A stretch of DNA of 20,000 nucleotides from Chiloscyllium plagiosum (taxonomy: Eukaryota): assembly GCF_004010195.1 (NCBI RefSeq), contig NC_057757.1:7383596-7403595 (forward strand), given 5' to 3'. Below, in pieces: positions 10,905-20,000 of this stretch; the first letter of the stretch is position 1; every line of letters starts with the position of its first letter. The position numbers and the translations under genes were made by a program. Under the pieces are notes generated by a model. That model was not told where the DNA came from. It did not search any database and worked only from the letters and a program-made list of their open reading frames with translations.

Positions 10905-11270
10905 CTGGTGGCACAGTAATAATGTCACTGGGCTGGAAACACCACAGCAGGTTAACCATTTGAAGGAAAAAGATTCAAATCTCAATGAATGCAGGTGGTG
11001 AAATTCGAATTCAGAAAAAAAAATCCAGCTTCGTGATGCCCATGTCACTATTGGCATGAGAAACGCATCTGATTCACTGGTGCCCTTCAGGAAAGGAAAT
11101 ATGTCGCCTTTTCCCAGGCTGGGCTCCACGTGATTCCAGACGAACCAGTGTGTGGTTGAATCTGAACTGCCTTCTGAAATTGCCTGTGCGAGCCTCTCAG
11201 TTGTCTCATACCCAGAGAAATTCAGGATGGGTAAGATATGCTGACCAATCAGTGACTCCCACAACTCAGC
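10905..11270 (+). mobile_element. tRNA-derived Deu-SINE-like element (SacSINE1-like), diverged
   Basis: TGGCACAGTAATA A-box-like and GATTCAAATC B-box-like motifs, core CATCTGATTCACTGGTGCCCTTCAGGAAAGGAAAT..CACGTGATTCCAGAC, tail GGATGGGTAAGATATGCTG. Confidence 0.72.
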
Positions 11271-11799
11271 TACAAAATAAACCTTGCCTTGCCATTGGCT
11301 GAATGTCAAGGTGAGTTGTCTGGACTGGAGGTGTCAGGTTTCTTTGCCATCCCAAATAAATGGGAGTAAACTCTATTCAAGATGTTGGGATGAGGGCACA
11401 GAATTATTCTAGTATACAGGGAAGAAACTCAACACCTTGAGTCCACACTGGCTTTCTAGACAGCAATGCAGTCAGCGTTCATGACCCACTCCATATGTTT
11501 GATTGACCAGCTTATTTCCTTCAGGTCCCTATGCAACACCCATTCGGATATGTTTCATGATTGCTGCTTTCACCATCCATTGAGGCAAGAAGCCCATGCA
11601 TTACCACACATCCATAATTATTCTTCAAAACACTTAAATTGTCCCACTTGGTCCTATTCTTATCTGCTAATGCGAATTACTGTGTCTCTCTTACCCTCAT
11701 TATGTTGCTCACCTCTTTCAAATCTCTGCTCGAACTTTTTCATTTCAAGAGAAACTGTTGGAACCATTTCAATCGAGCCTTACACCCAAAATCTCCCAC

Positions 11800-13050
11800 T
11801 GCTGGAACGAGACCTGGGTATCTCTCGTACATAGGTCACTGACACTGAGCATGCAGGTGCAATAGGCAGTGAGGAAGGCAAATGGGATATTGATCTTCCG
11901 AAGGAGCGGATTGGAGTACAGGAGCAGAGATGTCTTGCTGTAATTGGACAGGGTTTTGGTGAGACTGCTACTGGAGTACCGTGTGCAGTATCACAGGAAG
12001 GCCGTTCTGGTGATGGAGGGAGTGCAATGAATGGTTACCAGACTCACCCCTGGGATGACAGGTCTGATGTATGAAGAGAGACTGTATTGGTTAAAATTAC
12101 GTCCACTGGAACTTTGAAGAGTTATTTGGTACAGATTTCAATTTTTAAAAAAAACTCAGGAAATTAGACCAGGACCAGATGGGACAAACACAGGAAGATG
12201 TTCTTGATCACGGTAGACTCTGGAAAAGTGTATCACTGTCTAAGAATACCGGGTAGACCATTTAGGGTTGACATGAGGAGAAATATTTTCACCCAGTTAG
12301 TGGAGTGCCTATGGAAGTCTGTACCACAGAAGGTGGATGAGGTCTCAACATTGAATATTTTCAAGAAACATAGAAACATTGAAGACAGCAGCAGAGAGGT
12401 CCATTCGGCCCTTCAAGCCTGCCCCACCATTCATCACGATCGTGGCTAATTGTCCAATTCAATAGTCTAATCCTGCTTTCTTCACATAACCATTGATCCC
12501 ATTGCCCCAAGTGCTATAATTAGCTACCTCATGAACGCATTCAATGTTTTGGCACCAACTGCTTCCTATGGTAATGAATTCCACAGGCTCCCCACTCTTT
12601 GGGTGAAGATAGGTCTTCACCCGAAATTTTTATACTGTGACCCCTGGTTCTGGACACACCCACCATCGAGAACACCCTCCCTGCATCTATCCTGTCGAGT
12701 CTTGTTCGAATTCTGTAAGTATCTATGAAATCCCCCCCCTCTCACTCGTTGGAACTCCAGCGAAAACAATCCTAACCTCGTCCATCTCTCCTCATCCGTC
12801 AGGCCCACCATGCCCGGAAACAGCCCGGGAAACCTTCGCCTCACTCCCTCAAGAGCAAGACAATCCTCCCTCAGAAAAGGAGAACCAAACCTGCACACCG
12901 TATTCAAGGTAGGAAAGAGTGAGATATACTTCGGGTCAATGTGACAAAGGGCATGAGAGGACGAAGATGGATGATCAGGCAAGACCATTTTGAATGGGGT
13001 AGCAGGTTCAAAAAGGGCCGAATGTCCTCCTACTGCTCCTATGCTCTACA
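11800..13050 (+). mobile_element. CR1-type LINE 3' fragment interrupted by an antisense CR1 (host parts about 11800-12365 and 12910-13050)
   Basis: RDLG, LEYRVQ and GRPFRVDMRRNIFTQLVECLWKSVPQKV motifs. The 3' tail resumes at 12910 and ends GGGCCGAATGTCCTCCTACTGCTCCTATGCTCTA. Confidence 0.82.
12366..12910 (-). mobile_element. CR1-type LINE 3' fragment, nested
   Basis: Minus ORF SPFLREDCLALEGVRRRF..EERWTRLGLFSLEFQRVRG. Its 3' tail (AAACATAGAAACA on +) lies at 12366. Confidence 0.88.
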
Positions 13051-13384
13051 GGTTAAGGGCCAGCAGCATGCAGAGCAAGAAAAGTCAGCCAGCACAGACT
13101 ACAGATTCTTGCCCCCACTTCCTTCCTCTGGCGAGTAGGTGTGGAGTGGGTGGGGATGGGGGAGGGGGAACATACGATTGGGTCATAATTAACATTGTTT
13201 TCCCCCCCCTCCCTCATGACATGGAAAAAGTGGTGTCCCTATTATATGGACTGTAACCTTTCAACAAAATGGCTTAGTACTCTAAAGGACAATAAATGAT
13301 CTCCTTGCTATAAATGCACGCGTAAATTTACTAAGACGTGGGTGACAAATTTGGAGTACTTTAGGCTTATAATCATCGACAAAC

Positions 13385-13430
13385 AAACACATAGAACATA
13401 GAACATAGAAGAATACAGCGCAGTACAGGC
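13385..13430 (-). mobile_element. Very short CR1/SINE 3' tail
   Basis: (ACATAGA)3 AGAATACAGCGCAGTACAGGC is the reverse complement of GCCTGTACTGCGCTGTA..(TTCTATG)n, the same tail type as 7815-7846. Confidence 0.75.
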
Positions 13431-13498
13431 ATCCCACCCCACCCCCTCCCCACCCCCTCCCCACCCCCAAAGTCTGTTCTGCCGTTTGGTCAGATCAT

Positions 13499-13628
13499 TC
13501 TGAAGAAGGGTTACACCTGAAACGTGGACTTGTGCACCTCCTGATGCTGCCTAGCTTGCTGTGTTCTTCCAGCCTCCTACCTATCCACTTTAGATTCCAG
13601 CATCTGCAGGGTTTTTTTTTTGTTTCTA
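13499..13628 (+). mobile_element. Penelope-like element terminal-repeat fragment with a 14-bp target-site duplication
   Basis: CTGAAGAAGGG..GAAACG..CCTGATGCTGCC..GCTGTGTTCTTCCAGC..TCCAGCATCTGCAG, flanked by TTTGGT(C/A)AGATCAT at 13485-13498 and 13629-13642. Confidence 0.78.
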
Positions 13629-14811
13629 TTTGGTAAGATCATAGCTTATCTGTTTGTGCTTCACATTCTCAGTTTACCTTTTATTTCCTTTGCAGTCAAC
13701 AAATCTTTCTAACTGTTGCTCGAAGAAGATTCTATGACAAACCCCCAACCACACAATCGCCTCCTGATCAGATCGAATTGTGTGCATAACCATCAGTGAA
13801 AACAAAAATTGGCCCCTCTCTTAAATTTTTAAACAGTGTCCTGCAGCAACACCCAACTGCTCATTCTGCACTGACGCAAGACAAAATGTCCTTTCCATGT
13901 GCACCTTGTTAAACTATTTTGGATCTGATGTGCTTTGAGTGATTTGACACATTTTGCTTCGGCTCAGAGCCACATTAGAAAGGTACATTAGGGAGCATTC
14001 ATTTCTTAGAGGAGAAAGTGAGGACTGCAGATGCTGGAGATCAGAAAAGGTACATTAGGGAGCATTCATTTCTTAGTCTATTTATGGAAAGATGAAGAGG
14101 TGGTTTTGTATTTCTCATCTTAACAGTGAGGACTGCGACTGACCATATCTTCTCTCTGAACTGCAGAGCCATTGATCAGGATCATAGCTGATGTTCTATC
14201 CCATTGCCACATGCCTGCCCATTGCCTGGAAAAGCCCTGGACTGAATTGAAATTCTGATCTCGCGGCAATCCAGTTCCACTATAAAATCTACAGGTAAGG
14301 CAGGAAAAGTGGGAAATACCTGCCATTTCAGATAGCATTGATTTGGAAAAAAAGAGTCAGCTTTTCAGACTGATGTCAGTCATCCGCACTTTATTACAAA
14401 TCTTATCTCTGATCAAATTGAGAGCCCCCGCTCCCATTAGTTCCACAGTAGAGATTGGTGGGTTTCTCCATAATTATTTTTCTTTGGGTTTTGTTGGAAC
14501 TGAACTGAGCTTTTGAGTTACACATTTTTGTTTTTTGGAGATCAGTTCATGAATTGCAGCATCTGCAGTTTTTTTTTGCCTCTATTTGGTAAGATCATAG
14601 CTTATCTGTTTTTATATTCTAACGTCCCAGTTTACCTTTCATTTCCTTTGCAGACAAATCTTTCTAACTGTTGCTCGAAAAATATTCAGTGGCAAACCCT
14701 CAACCACACAATCGCCTCCTGACCAGATCAAAGTGTGCACAACCATCAGTGAAAACAGAAATTGGCCCCTCTCTGTAATTTTAAAACAGTGCCCCACCAC
14801 AACACCCAACC
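13598..14811 (+). repeat. Diverged direct duplication of about 260 bp (13598-13858 and 14557-14811)
   Basis: Shared collinear blocks CAGCATCTGCAG-T(n), CTATTTGGTAAGATCATAGCTTATCTGTTT, ACAAATCTTTCTAACTGTTGCTCGAA, CAACCACACAATCGCCTCCTGA, AACCATCAGTGAAAACA, CAACACCCAAC. Confidence 0.92.
13979..14076. repeat. Perfect 31-bp direct repeat flanking a 36-bp Penelope-like end fragment (minus)
   Basis: AAAGGTACATTAGGGAGCATTCATTTCTTAG at 13979-14009 and 14046-14076. The insert contains CTGCAGATGCTGGA, the reverse complement of the Penelope-like end near 13600. Confidence 0.92.
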
Positions 14812-14922
14812 GAAGAGCAAGCATTAAATTAAGTCAATTTTTTGAATGCACTGAATCAGACGGACTGAGCATGCACTTTCCTCGCCTCTGGCAATGGTAG
14901 GGTATGGAATGTGAGCTGGTAT

Positions 14923-15530
14923 TTAGTTCTCAGATTTCAAACCCTTCAATCTGTTGCAAGATTTAATGATTCGCTTCATCGAATTCTTCAGCTCATCTCT
15001 AAACTTAGCCTGGATCACAGCGTAAACGCATGTGTTTGAACAGGAGCTGAGCACCTGCAGCATCTTGGCTTTGGAATCTGTGATAAAGCCAGGGTCATTG
15101 TAGGAGGAGTAATATCGGGTGTGTGTAAATATTGCACGCAACCTGGGTCACCCACACATCACAAAACTGCCTGATATACTGAAGAGCAAAATGATGGACT
15201 TCCATTGCTTCTCCATCTCTGCATCCTTGTGTTTCTCTCCAATTCTTTGCCCACGGAGACCCCTGCAGATTTGACTGCTCACTAAAACACGCCTGACAGC
15301 ACATTGAATAGCATGAAGAAAGAATGGCACACAAGGGGTTAAAATGTAGTTGATCATTTCAAAGGCAGCCCACGCAGGGGAAGTGAAAGAAGTGGATTTA
15401 TGGATCCAACCCCTTGGAATATTGTCCATAATGTACCGTGGCTCATATATAAAGTACCAGGGTAGAGATTCCAATTCCCAGAAATACTGCTGCAGTTTTT
15501 CTCATTGCAAAACTTTGTTTTCACCTTGCT
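14923..15530 (-). pseudogene. GPR139/GPR142-like GPCR pseudogene (ICL2 to C-terminus; N-terminal half missing, frameshifted)
   Basis: Collinear with the 17589-19384 gene: KVKTKFCNEK vs KLKRKYCTRK; PWYFIYEP vs PFYFILQP; ILTPCVPF vs ILTPFLAF; GLRGQ..DAEMEKQWKSIILLFSISGSF vs GLRGQ..DPEIESRRKSIILLFTISGSF; LSSCSNTCVYAVIQAKFRDELK vs MSCCTNTFIYAVTQSRFREQLE. Confidence 0.92.
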
Positions 15531-15842
15531 GCTTAAATGAATTATTGCTACTCTGCAAGGTAAACTGAATCCAGAGACACAGATTAATTCTCTTGCTGGA
15601 GATTCCCATTAAAATCGCAAACTTTGATACTCTAAGGGCATTGGCATCTGTCCTTCTGTTTGAGGACAATGCCCACTGAACTGAGCTGCAGATGTTTGGT
15701 TGCATGGAGCAGGATATTGCTTAATTTGATGGGAACTATAGAGTTAAACGTCTGACAGTCAGTTCGGGAAGGAAATGTTTAGAAGTCAGTCTTTGCTCAT
15801 CTTAGGATTTATTCGCGAGGTGAAGAATTATTGACCTATTTT

Positions 15843-16157
15843 GGGGCTGCACGGTGGCTCAGCTACCTCACAGCACCAGGGTCCCGGTTCGATTCCAGCT
15901 TTGGGCCAGTATCTGTATGGAATTTCCACGTTCTCCCCGGGTCTGGGTGGGTTTCCTCAAGTTTCCTCCCACAGTCCAACGATGTGCAGGTCAGGTGAAT
16001 TGGCCATGCTAAATTGCCTGCAGTGATAGGTGCATTAGTCAAGGGTTAATATAGGGGAATGGGTCAACTTGGGTTGCCCTTCAGCGGGTCGGTGTGGACT
16101 TGCTGGGCCTAAGGACCTGTTTCCACACTGTAGGGAATCTAATCTAATCTAATCAAT
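15843..16157 (+). mobile_element. HE1/V-SINE-like tRNA-derived SINE
   Basis: A box GGTGGCTCAG, B box GGTTCGATTCC, V-domain-like CACGTTCTCCCC..GTGGGTTTCCT..CTCCCACAGTCCAA..GGTGAATTGGCCATGCTAAATTG, (AATCT)n tail. Confidence 0.9.
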
Positions 16158-16159
16158 CA

Positions 16160-16600
16160 CTTTTAATAACGCAGCAATCCTGCACCCTCTGCCTATCCTC
16201 CCTACAGTATGGATATCCTTGAAAATTTCCTTCCCAGCCCAGATTCCCTTGCAGCCACATTTCTGGGATACCCACAGCATTGCCCCACCCAATTCCAATC
16301 TATGCTACAATCTCATTTTCCTTGCTTTGTGTGCCGTATGCATTTAAGTGCAACAGCCTCATTCCTGTGTTGACTACGCCCCTTCTCTTGTTGTCCCCTT
16401 GTCTGCTGTCCCTGAAGTTTACTCGGTGTCCTAACACCTGTTCTGGAAATGCTCCTAAACTCTGCTGAGCACTCCAACCTCGAACATTTTCCATAATGTT
16501 CCATGCAACTGAAGGCCCCTTCCCATTACTATTTAGCTTCAAGCCCTATCCACAGATAAAGTGATGTGATTCGCATGGACTCTGTTTCCAGCATGATTCA
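16160..16600 (-). mobile_element. CR1-type LINE fragment: start of the ORF2 APE endonuclease
   Basis: Minus translation MRLLHLNAYGTQSKENEIVA*IGIG..AVGIPEMWLQ resembles the LNARS..K..EL..D.VGITETWL APE motifs. Confidence 0.72.
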
Positions 16601-16739
16601 GGATAAGCTATTGAGCTCGGATGGGTCAGCACCCGATGGAATGTTTCAACATTCAAGGCTACAGGCCTCACTTGGTACATGAGACTCAATTGATGGGCTG
16701 AAGGGCCACTTTTGTGCTGCATGATTGCATAACCACAAT

Positions 16740-16920
16740 CCTAAATGTCATCCTCCTTATTTTTAGAAGGGTGCTCCCTGGTTGTAGACTCCTGAGGCAG
16801 GTAAAACATCATTACCCTGCATTCACCCGACATCCACCGCCTGGTCTATTTCTTGAACTATTTTGGAACTTTCCCTGAAATTATCTCCCATTCATGAAAC
16901 TCGAGAGATTACAGGCTTGG
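16740..16920 (-). mobile_element. Old CR1-type fragment
   Basis: CCCTGGTTGTAGACTCC..AAACATC..CCCTGCAT..AAACTCGAGAGA resembles 12640-12770. Confidence 0.5.
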
Positions 16921-16924
16921 TTTA

Positions 16925-17196
16925 TACTGGTGCTTCAGAGGGCCAGAAACCTAGTTTCGATTCCAGCATGTGACGACTGTCTCTGTGCAGTGTGCACGTT
17001 CTCCCCGTGTCCACGTGTGTTTCTTCCCACAGTCAAATGATGAATTAGCCATGCTTTGGTATCCATGGATGGATAGGTTGGGTGCAGAGGTCATGGGAGG
17101 TATAGGCTTATTGGATAAGTGGGTGGGATGCTCTTCAGAGAGTCGGTGTGAACTTTTGGGTCGAATGGCCTGTTACACACGGTAGGGATTCTATGG
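16925..17196 (+). mobile_element. Second HE1/V-SINE-like element, diverged
   Basis: TTCGATTCCAGC, GCACGTTCTCCCCGTGTC, TTCCCACAGTC, GTCGGTGTGAACT..GGGTCGAATGGCCTGTT..TAGGGATTCTATG. Confidence 0.82.
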
Positions 17197-17440
17197 TTTT
17201 CTTCAGCTCAGGATCTGTGTATCTCCTGTGCTAAGACCAGCTTTGAACCCTCACTCAGTGTCCCATAATCCTGCCTGAGACTCTTGACCCTGTCCAGACA
17301 TCAACCACCACCCCCCAACTCCCTCAGGGGAAATGTAGACAGCAGACTGATCCAAAATGTATCAAAGACATTTTTGATAAACATCAAATTACACAAGAGC
17401 GTTTCCAGTCTCTGCATGATTTTGATTTCTTTTGGGAAAG

Positions 17441-17446
17441 TTTATT
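17441..17446 (-). terminator. Putative polyadenylation signal of the GPCR gene
   Basis: AATAAA on the minus strand about 145 nt downstream of the stop codon. Confidence 0.4.
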
Positions 17447-17588
17447 TCTTCATTGACCAGAGCTGGAAATGTAAACAGTGCAGGCGGGGTTGAGATTGTG
17501 GCTGCTGTTCCTTGTCCTCCCCAGCAGGGGTCATCATGCTCCCATTTCCATCTAGTGCTCCAGCCAACAGCTCTTGTCCAATGGCACA

Positions 17589-18592
17589 CTACTGTTTCAC
17601 TTGTGTCTGTTGGGAGTCTGGTGTAGCTATTACATTGAAGGACTGGGAAAAAATAAAAATGGTCCCCATCGCTATGTGCCTCTTAGCTATTTTGCTTCTT
17701 AAGTAACTGAATGATCCAGTAACCGGATATTTCATTGTGCTTTCGAGCTGCTCTCTGAACCTAGACTGTGTGACTGCATAAATGAATGTGTTTGTGCAGC
17801 AACTCATATTCCGCAGCATAAACCCAACTTGTTGAAGTATATATTCAGAATCATTGTAATCTCCGGGATAAGTTGCTGTTATAATATAGTATAAGAAATC
17901 TATGACATTTACTAACCAAAGAACAATGAAGCTGCCGGAAATGGTGAACAGTAAAATGATAGACTTCCTTCTACTCTCTATCTCTGGGTCTCTTTGATTC
18001 TCTGCCTTGCTTTGACCCCTCAGTCCCTTACGGATCCGATTGGTCACTAAAATGTGTCTGATGGTCAAACAGTTGAATAACAAAATCAAAGCGAATGCGA
18101 GAAATGGGGTTAAAATTGTATCAAACCAGTCAAAACCCAGCCACCCAGGGTCTGTATAATAACTTGACTTTGGGTAACAGTCCCAGGGTACATTATTGAT
18201 TATCCATCCAGGTTGAAGGATAAAGTAGAATGGGACATTTTTTAAACAGAGTAAGATGTAGATTGTTGCTAGAACTACAGATGCAGTTTTTCTAGTGCAA
18301 TATTTTCTTTTCAGCTTTTGGCAACAAATGGCTACAAATCTATCAAAGGAGAAAGCGATGGTGAACCAGACAGAATAGTCCGTTGCTGCTCGAAGCAGGA
18401 CATAATTAACACTACACACAGCGGTTAGGTCCAGGAAGGTTCCTGGGAAGTAATAGTAATTGATCCGCCACAGTATGACCTCAGCAATAATGACCAGGAG
18501 ATCTGCCATTGCCATGGCCAGCAGATAGCGAGTGGTGCAGATCGAGAGGCCACATGTTCTCCTGGATAGTATCACAATTGCAATCAAGTTAA
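17589..18592 (-). CDS. Class A (rhodopsin-like) GPCR, GPR139/GPR142-like, exon 2 (end of TM1 to C-terminus); spliced protein 356 aa
   Basis: Acceptor TTTTTCCTTGCAG (AG at 18594-18593) followed by (G)TT AAC. Hydrophobic TM segments, LAMAMADL (TM2), TM3 Cys and ECL2 Cys, FDRFVAIC, TM5 ILTPF, TM7 SCCTNTFIY, helix 8 FREQL. No internal stop. Confidence 0.93.
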
Positions 18593-19317
18593 CTGCAAGG
18601 AAAAATAGGGAAAAGAGACTGAAAATTAATCGATTAAACATTCTGCTGAGCCAGACAGGGGTCCAGCACAAAAGAAATCAGCATGTGCCAAGTTCAGTGT
18701 ATATACCAAAAATAAAAATATGCAAACCTGATCACAGTCCCAGCTCCATCTCACTGACAGTTAGGTTCAATAGAGTCAGGGCATGGAGTAATTGGCAACA
18801 TCTCCCACTGAGGCCGGGTTATGAATTTGAATATCTGAATTGGTTTGATTGTCTCTGATTTAAGTTTTCTTCCATTGAACACAGGGGCTGCTGGCTTTCC
18901 AAGACCTTTGTAAAAGGATCACTGGACAGAGCTGAAGACAGAAGATAAGCCACTCCAGGGTAAAGCTTGCAACCTTGGAAAATCTCTTCACCTCTCCCCC
19001 ATCCATCTATTCCCATGGACTGTCAGATACACTGATACGGAATACACCAATGTAGTGTATGGGACCCCCACAAATTAGACAACTATCCTCCCTCACCCAT
19101 ATAAAAGTCAGATAACGTAGAATCGGACGATGCAAAATAGAGATATATTTTTCCTTGAGACAATTACTTTTAACAATGGGAAGGGAACAATGATGGGCTA
19201 ATTGGGCACCTATAGAGTGGCAAGCATTAAATAAGCGCACATCGACATCAGTCAGAATAATACCAAAGAACAGTTCACAGTCCAATTTAAACAACCTCCA
19301 CAGGTACAGTCACTCAC

Positions 19318-19384
19318 CAGGAACTCCAATGACAGCAAGGATCAGGTAATATATTTCAGCAACTCTGGAAAATGTTTCACGCAT
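19318..19384 (-). CDS. GPCR exon 1 (MRETFSRVAEIYYLILAVIGVP plus 1 nt)
   Basis: AAAATG start at 19384; 67 nt ending at the donor G/GTGAGT. A phase-1 splice gives in-frame IGVP-VNL (TM1 GxxxN motif) across a 725-nt intron. Confidence 0.92.
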
Positions 19385-19467
19385 TTTCAGTGTGAAAAAT
19401 AGTACCTGTCTTGCTGCTGGTAATCTCACAGTCTTACATCTGAGATGATAGACTCCCATTCATTCAA

Positions 19468-19473
19468 TTTATA
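19468..19473 (-). promoter_or_regulatory. Putative TATA box of the GPCR gene
   Basis: GTATAAAT on the minus strand about 85 nt upstream of the ATG. Confidence 0.5.
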
Positions 19474-19797
19474 CACTGTGGAAATATCACGGGAATGCTG
19501 AGGTTGTAGTATTGGTCTAATTCAATTTTCTTTTTACTTGAGCAAACAGATTGTGACATCGTGTGAAGTCAATGCTGTCATTGAACAGATGTGTTTATGA
19601 GAATCTGCAATTGGAACTCTCCAAGGGCTTAAGAGTTGTGAATCATATTAATGCAATAATGAATTGAGCTAGTTCTTCCTGTCACCAACAGTCCTAACCC
19701 TCACTATTATGTTGTTACACTGACATCCCACACCTACCTGATAGGGTCACAGGTATTAGATTCAGTGGATGATAGCCAAGTTTGGTACCCATGGGGA

Positions 19798-20000
19798 TGG
19801 AGACCAATCTCACTGTTGAATGCAGATTACAAAATTCTGTCAAAGGTAATCGCCAACCGGGTCAGGTCTGCTCTGGGGTCGGTGATTCACCCTGACCAAA
19901 CCTGTGCTGTGCCGGGCAGGAAGATCGCTGAGAGTCTCGCACTCCTCAGAGATACGATCGCCTACGTGCAGGACAGAAGGGTTGGACACCTGCCTGATCA
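19798..20000 (+). mobile_element. Tx1/L1-clade LINE RT fragment, 5'-truncated, runs off the window
   Basis: WRPISLLNADYKILSKVIANRVRSALGSVIHPDQTCAVPGRKIAESLALLRDTIAYVQDR. Confidence 0.9.

Noticed and set aside
11400..11790. ORF 11466..11834 as a gene
   Set aside because: No recognisable domain; probably highly decayed repeat sequence.
13140..13470. G-rich and C-rich tracts (13147-13168, 13433-13468) as functional G-quadruplexes
   Set aside because: Simple low-complexity runs among TE debris with no supporting context.
13979..14076. CRISPR-like repeat-spacer-repeat (31/36/31 bp)
   Set aside because: Vertebrate context, only two repeats, no cas genes, and the spacer is a retroelement end. A target-site duplication explains it.
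15843..15900. tRNA gene (A and B boxes)
   Set aside because: It is the tRNA-derived head of a SINE and gives no complete cloverleaf.
18593..18671. N-terminal 26 aa of the 360-aa ORF as a signal peptide or TM segment
   Set aside because: It is the intron 3' end and polypyrimidine tract. Exon 1 at 19318-19384 gives a better TM1.
17589..19384. Assigning the gene symbol GPR139
   Set aside because: Only family-level resemblance. Orthology cannot be established without phylogeny or synteny.

Overview
Eukaryotic, repeat-rich DNA, most likely an elasmobranch (shark), judged from HE1/V-SINE-like and Deu-SINE-like SINEs, CR1, Rex1/Babar, Tx1 and Penelope fragments. Repeat family names come from recalled consensus motifs, not database searches. 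(1) Positions 1-3776 (minus strand) hold a 5'-complete, frameshifted R2 retrotransposon of the three-zinc-finger (R2-A) type, with 3 ZF + Myb, RT, CCHC knuckle and PD-(D/E)xK endonuclease. It is not embedded in rDNA on its 5' side. It begins with exactly 24 nt of 28S rDNA starting at position -28 of the R2 target site, and these bases form P1 of a fully foldable HDV-like ribozyme (3619-3776). (2) Positions 17589-19384 (minus) hold a two-exon class A GPCR of the GPR139/GPR142-like type (356 aa), with a co-oriented degraded paralog at about 14923-15530, indicating a tandem birth-and-death receptor cluster. The rest is layered LINE/SINE/Penelope debris with nested insertions, target-site duplications and a degenerate minimal hammerhead motif.
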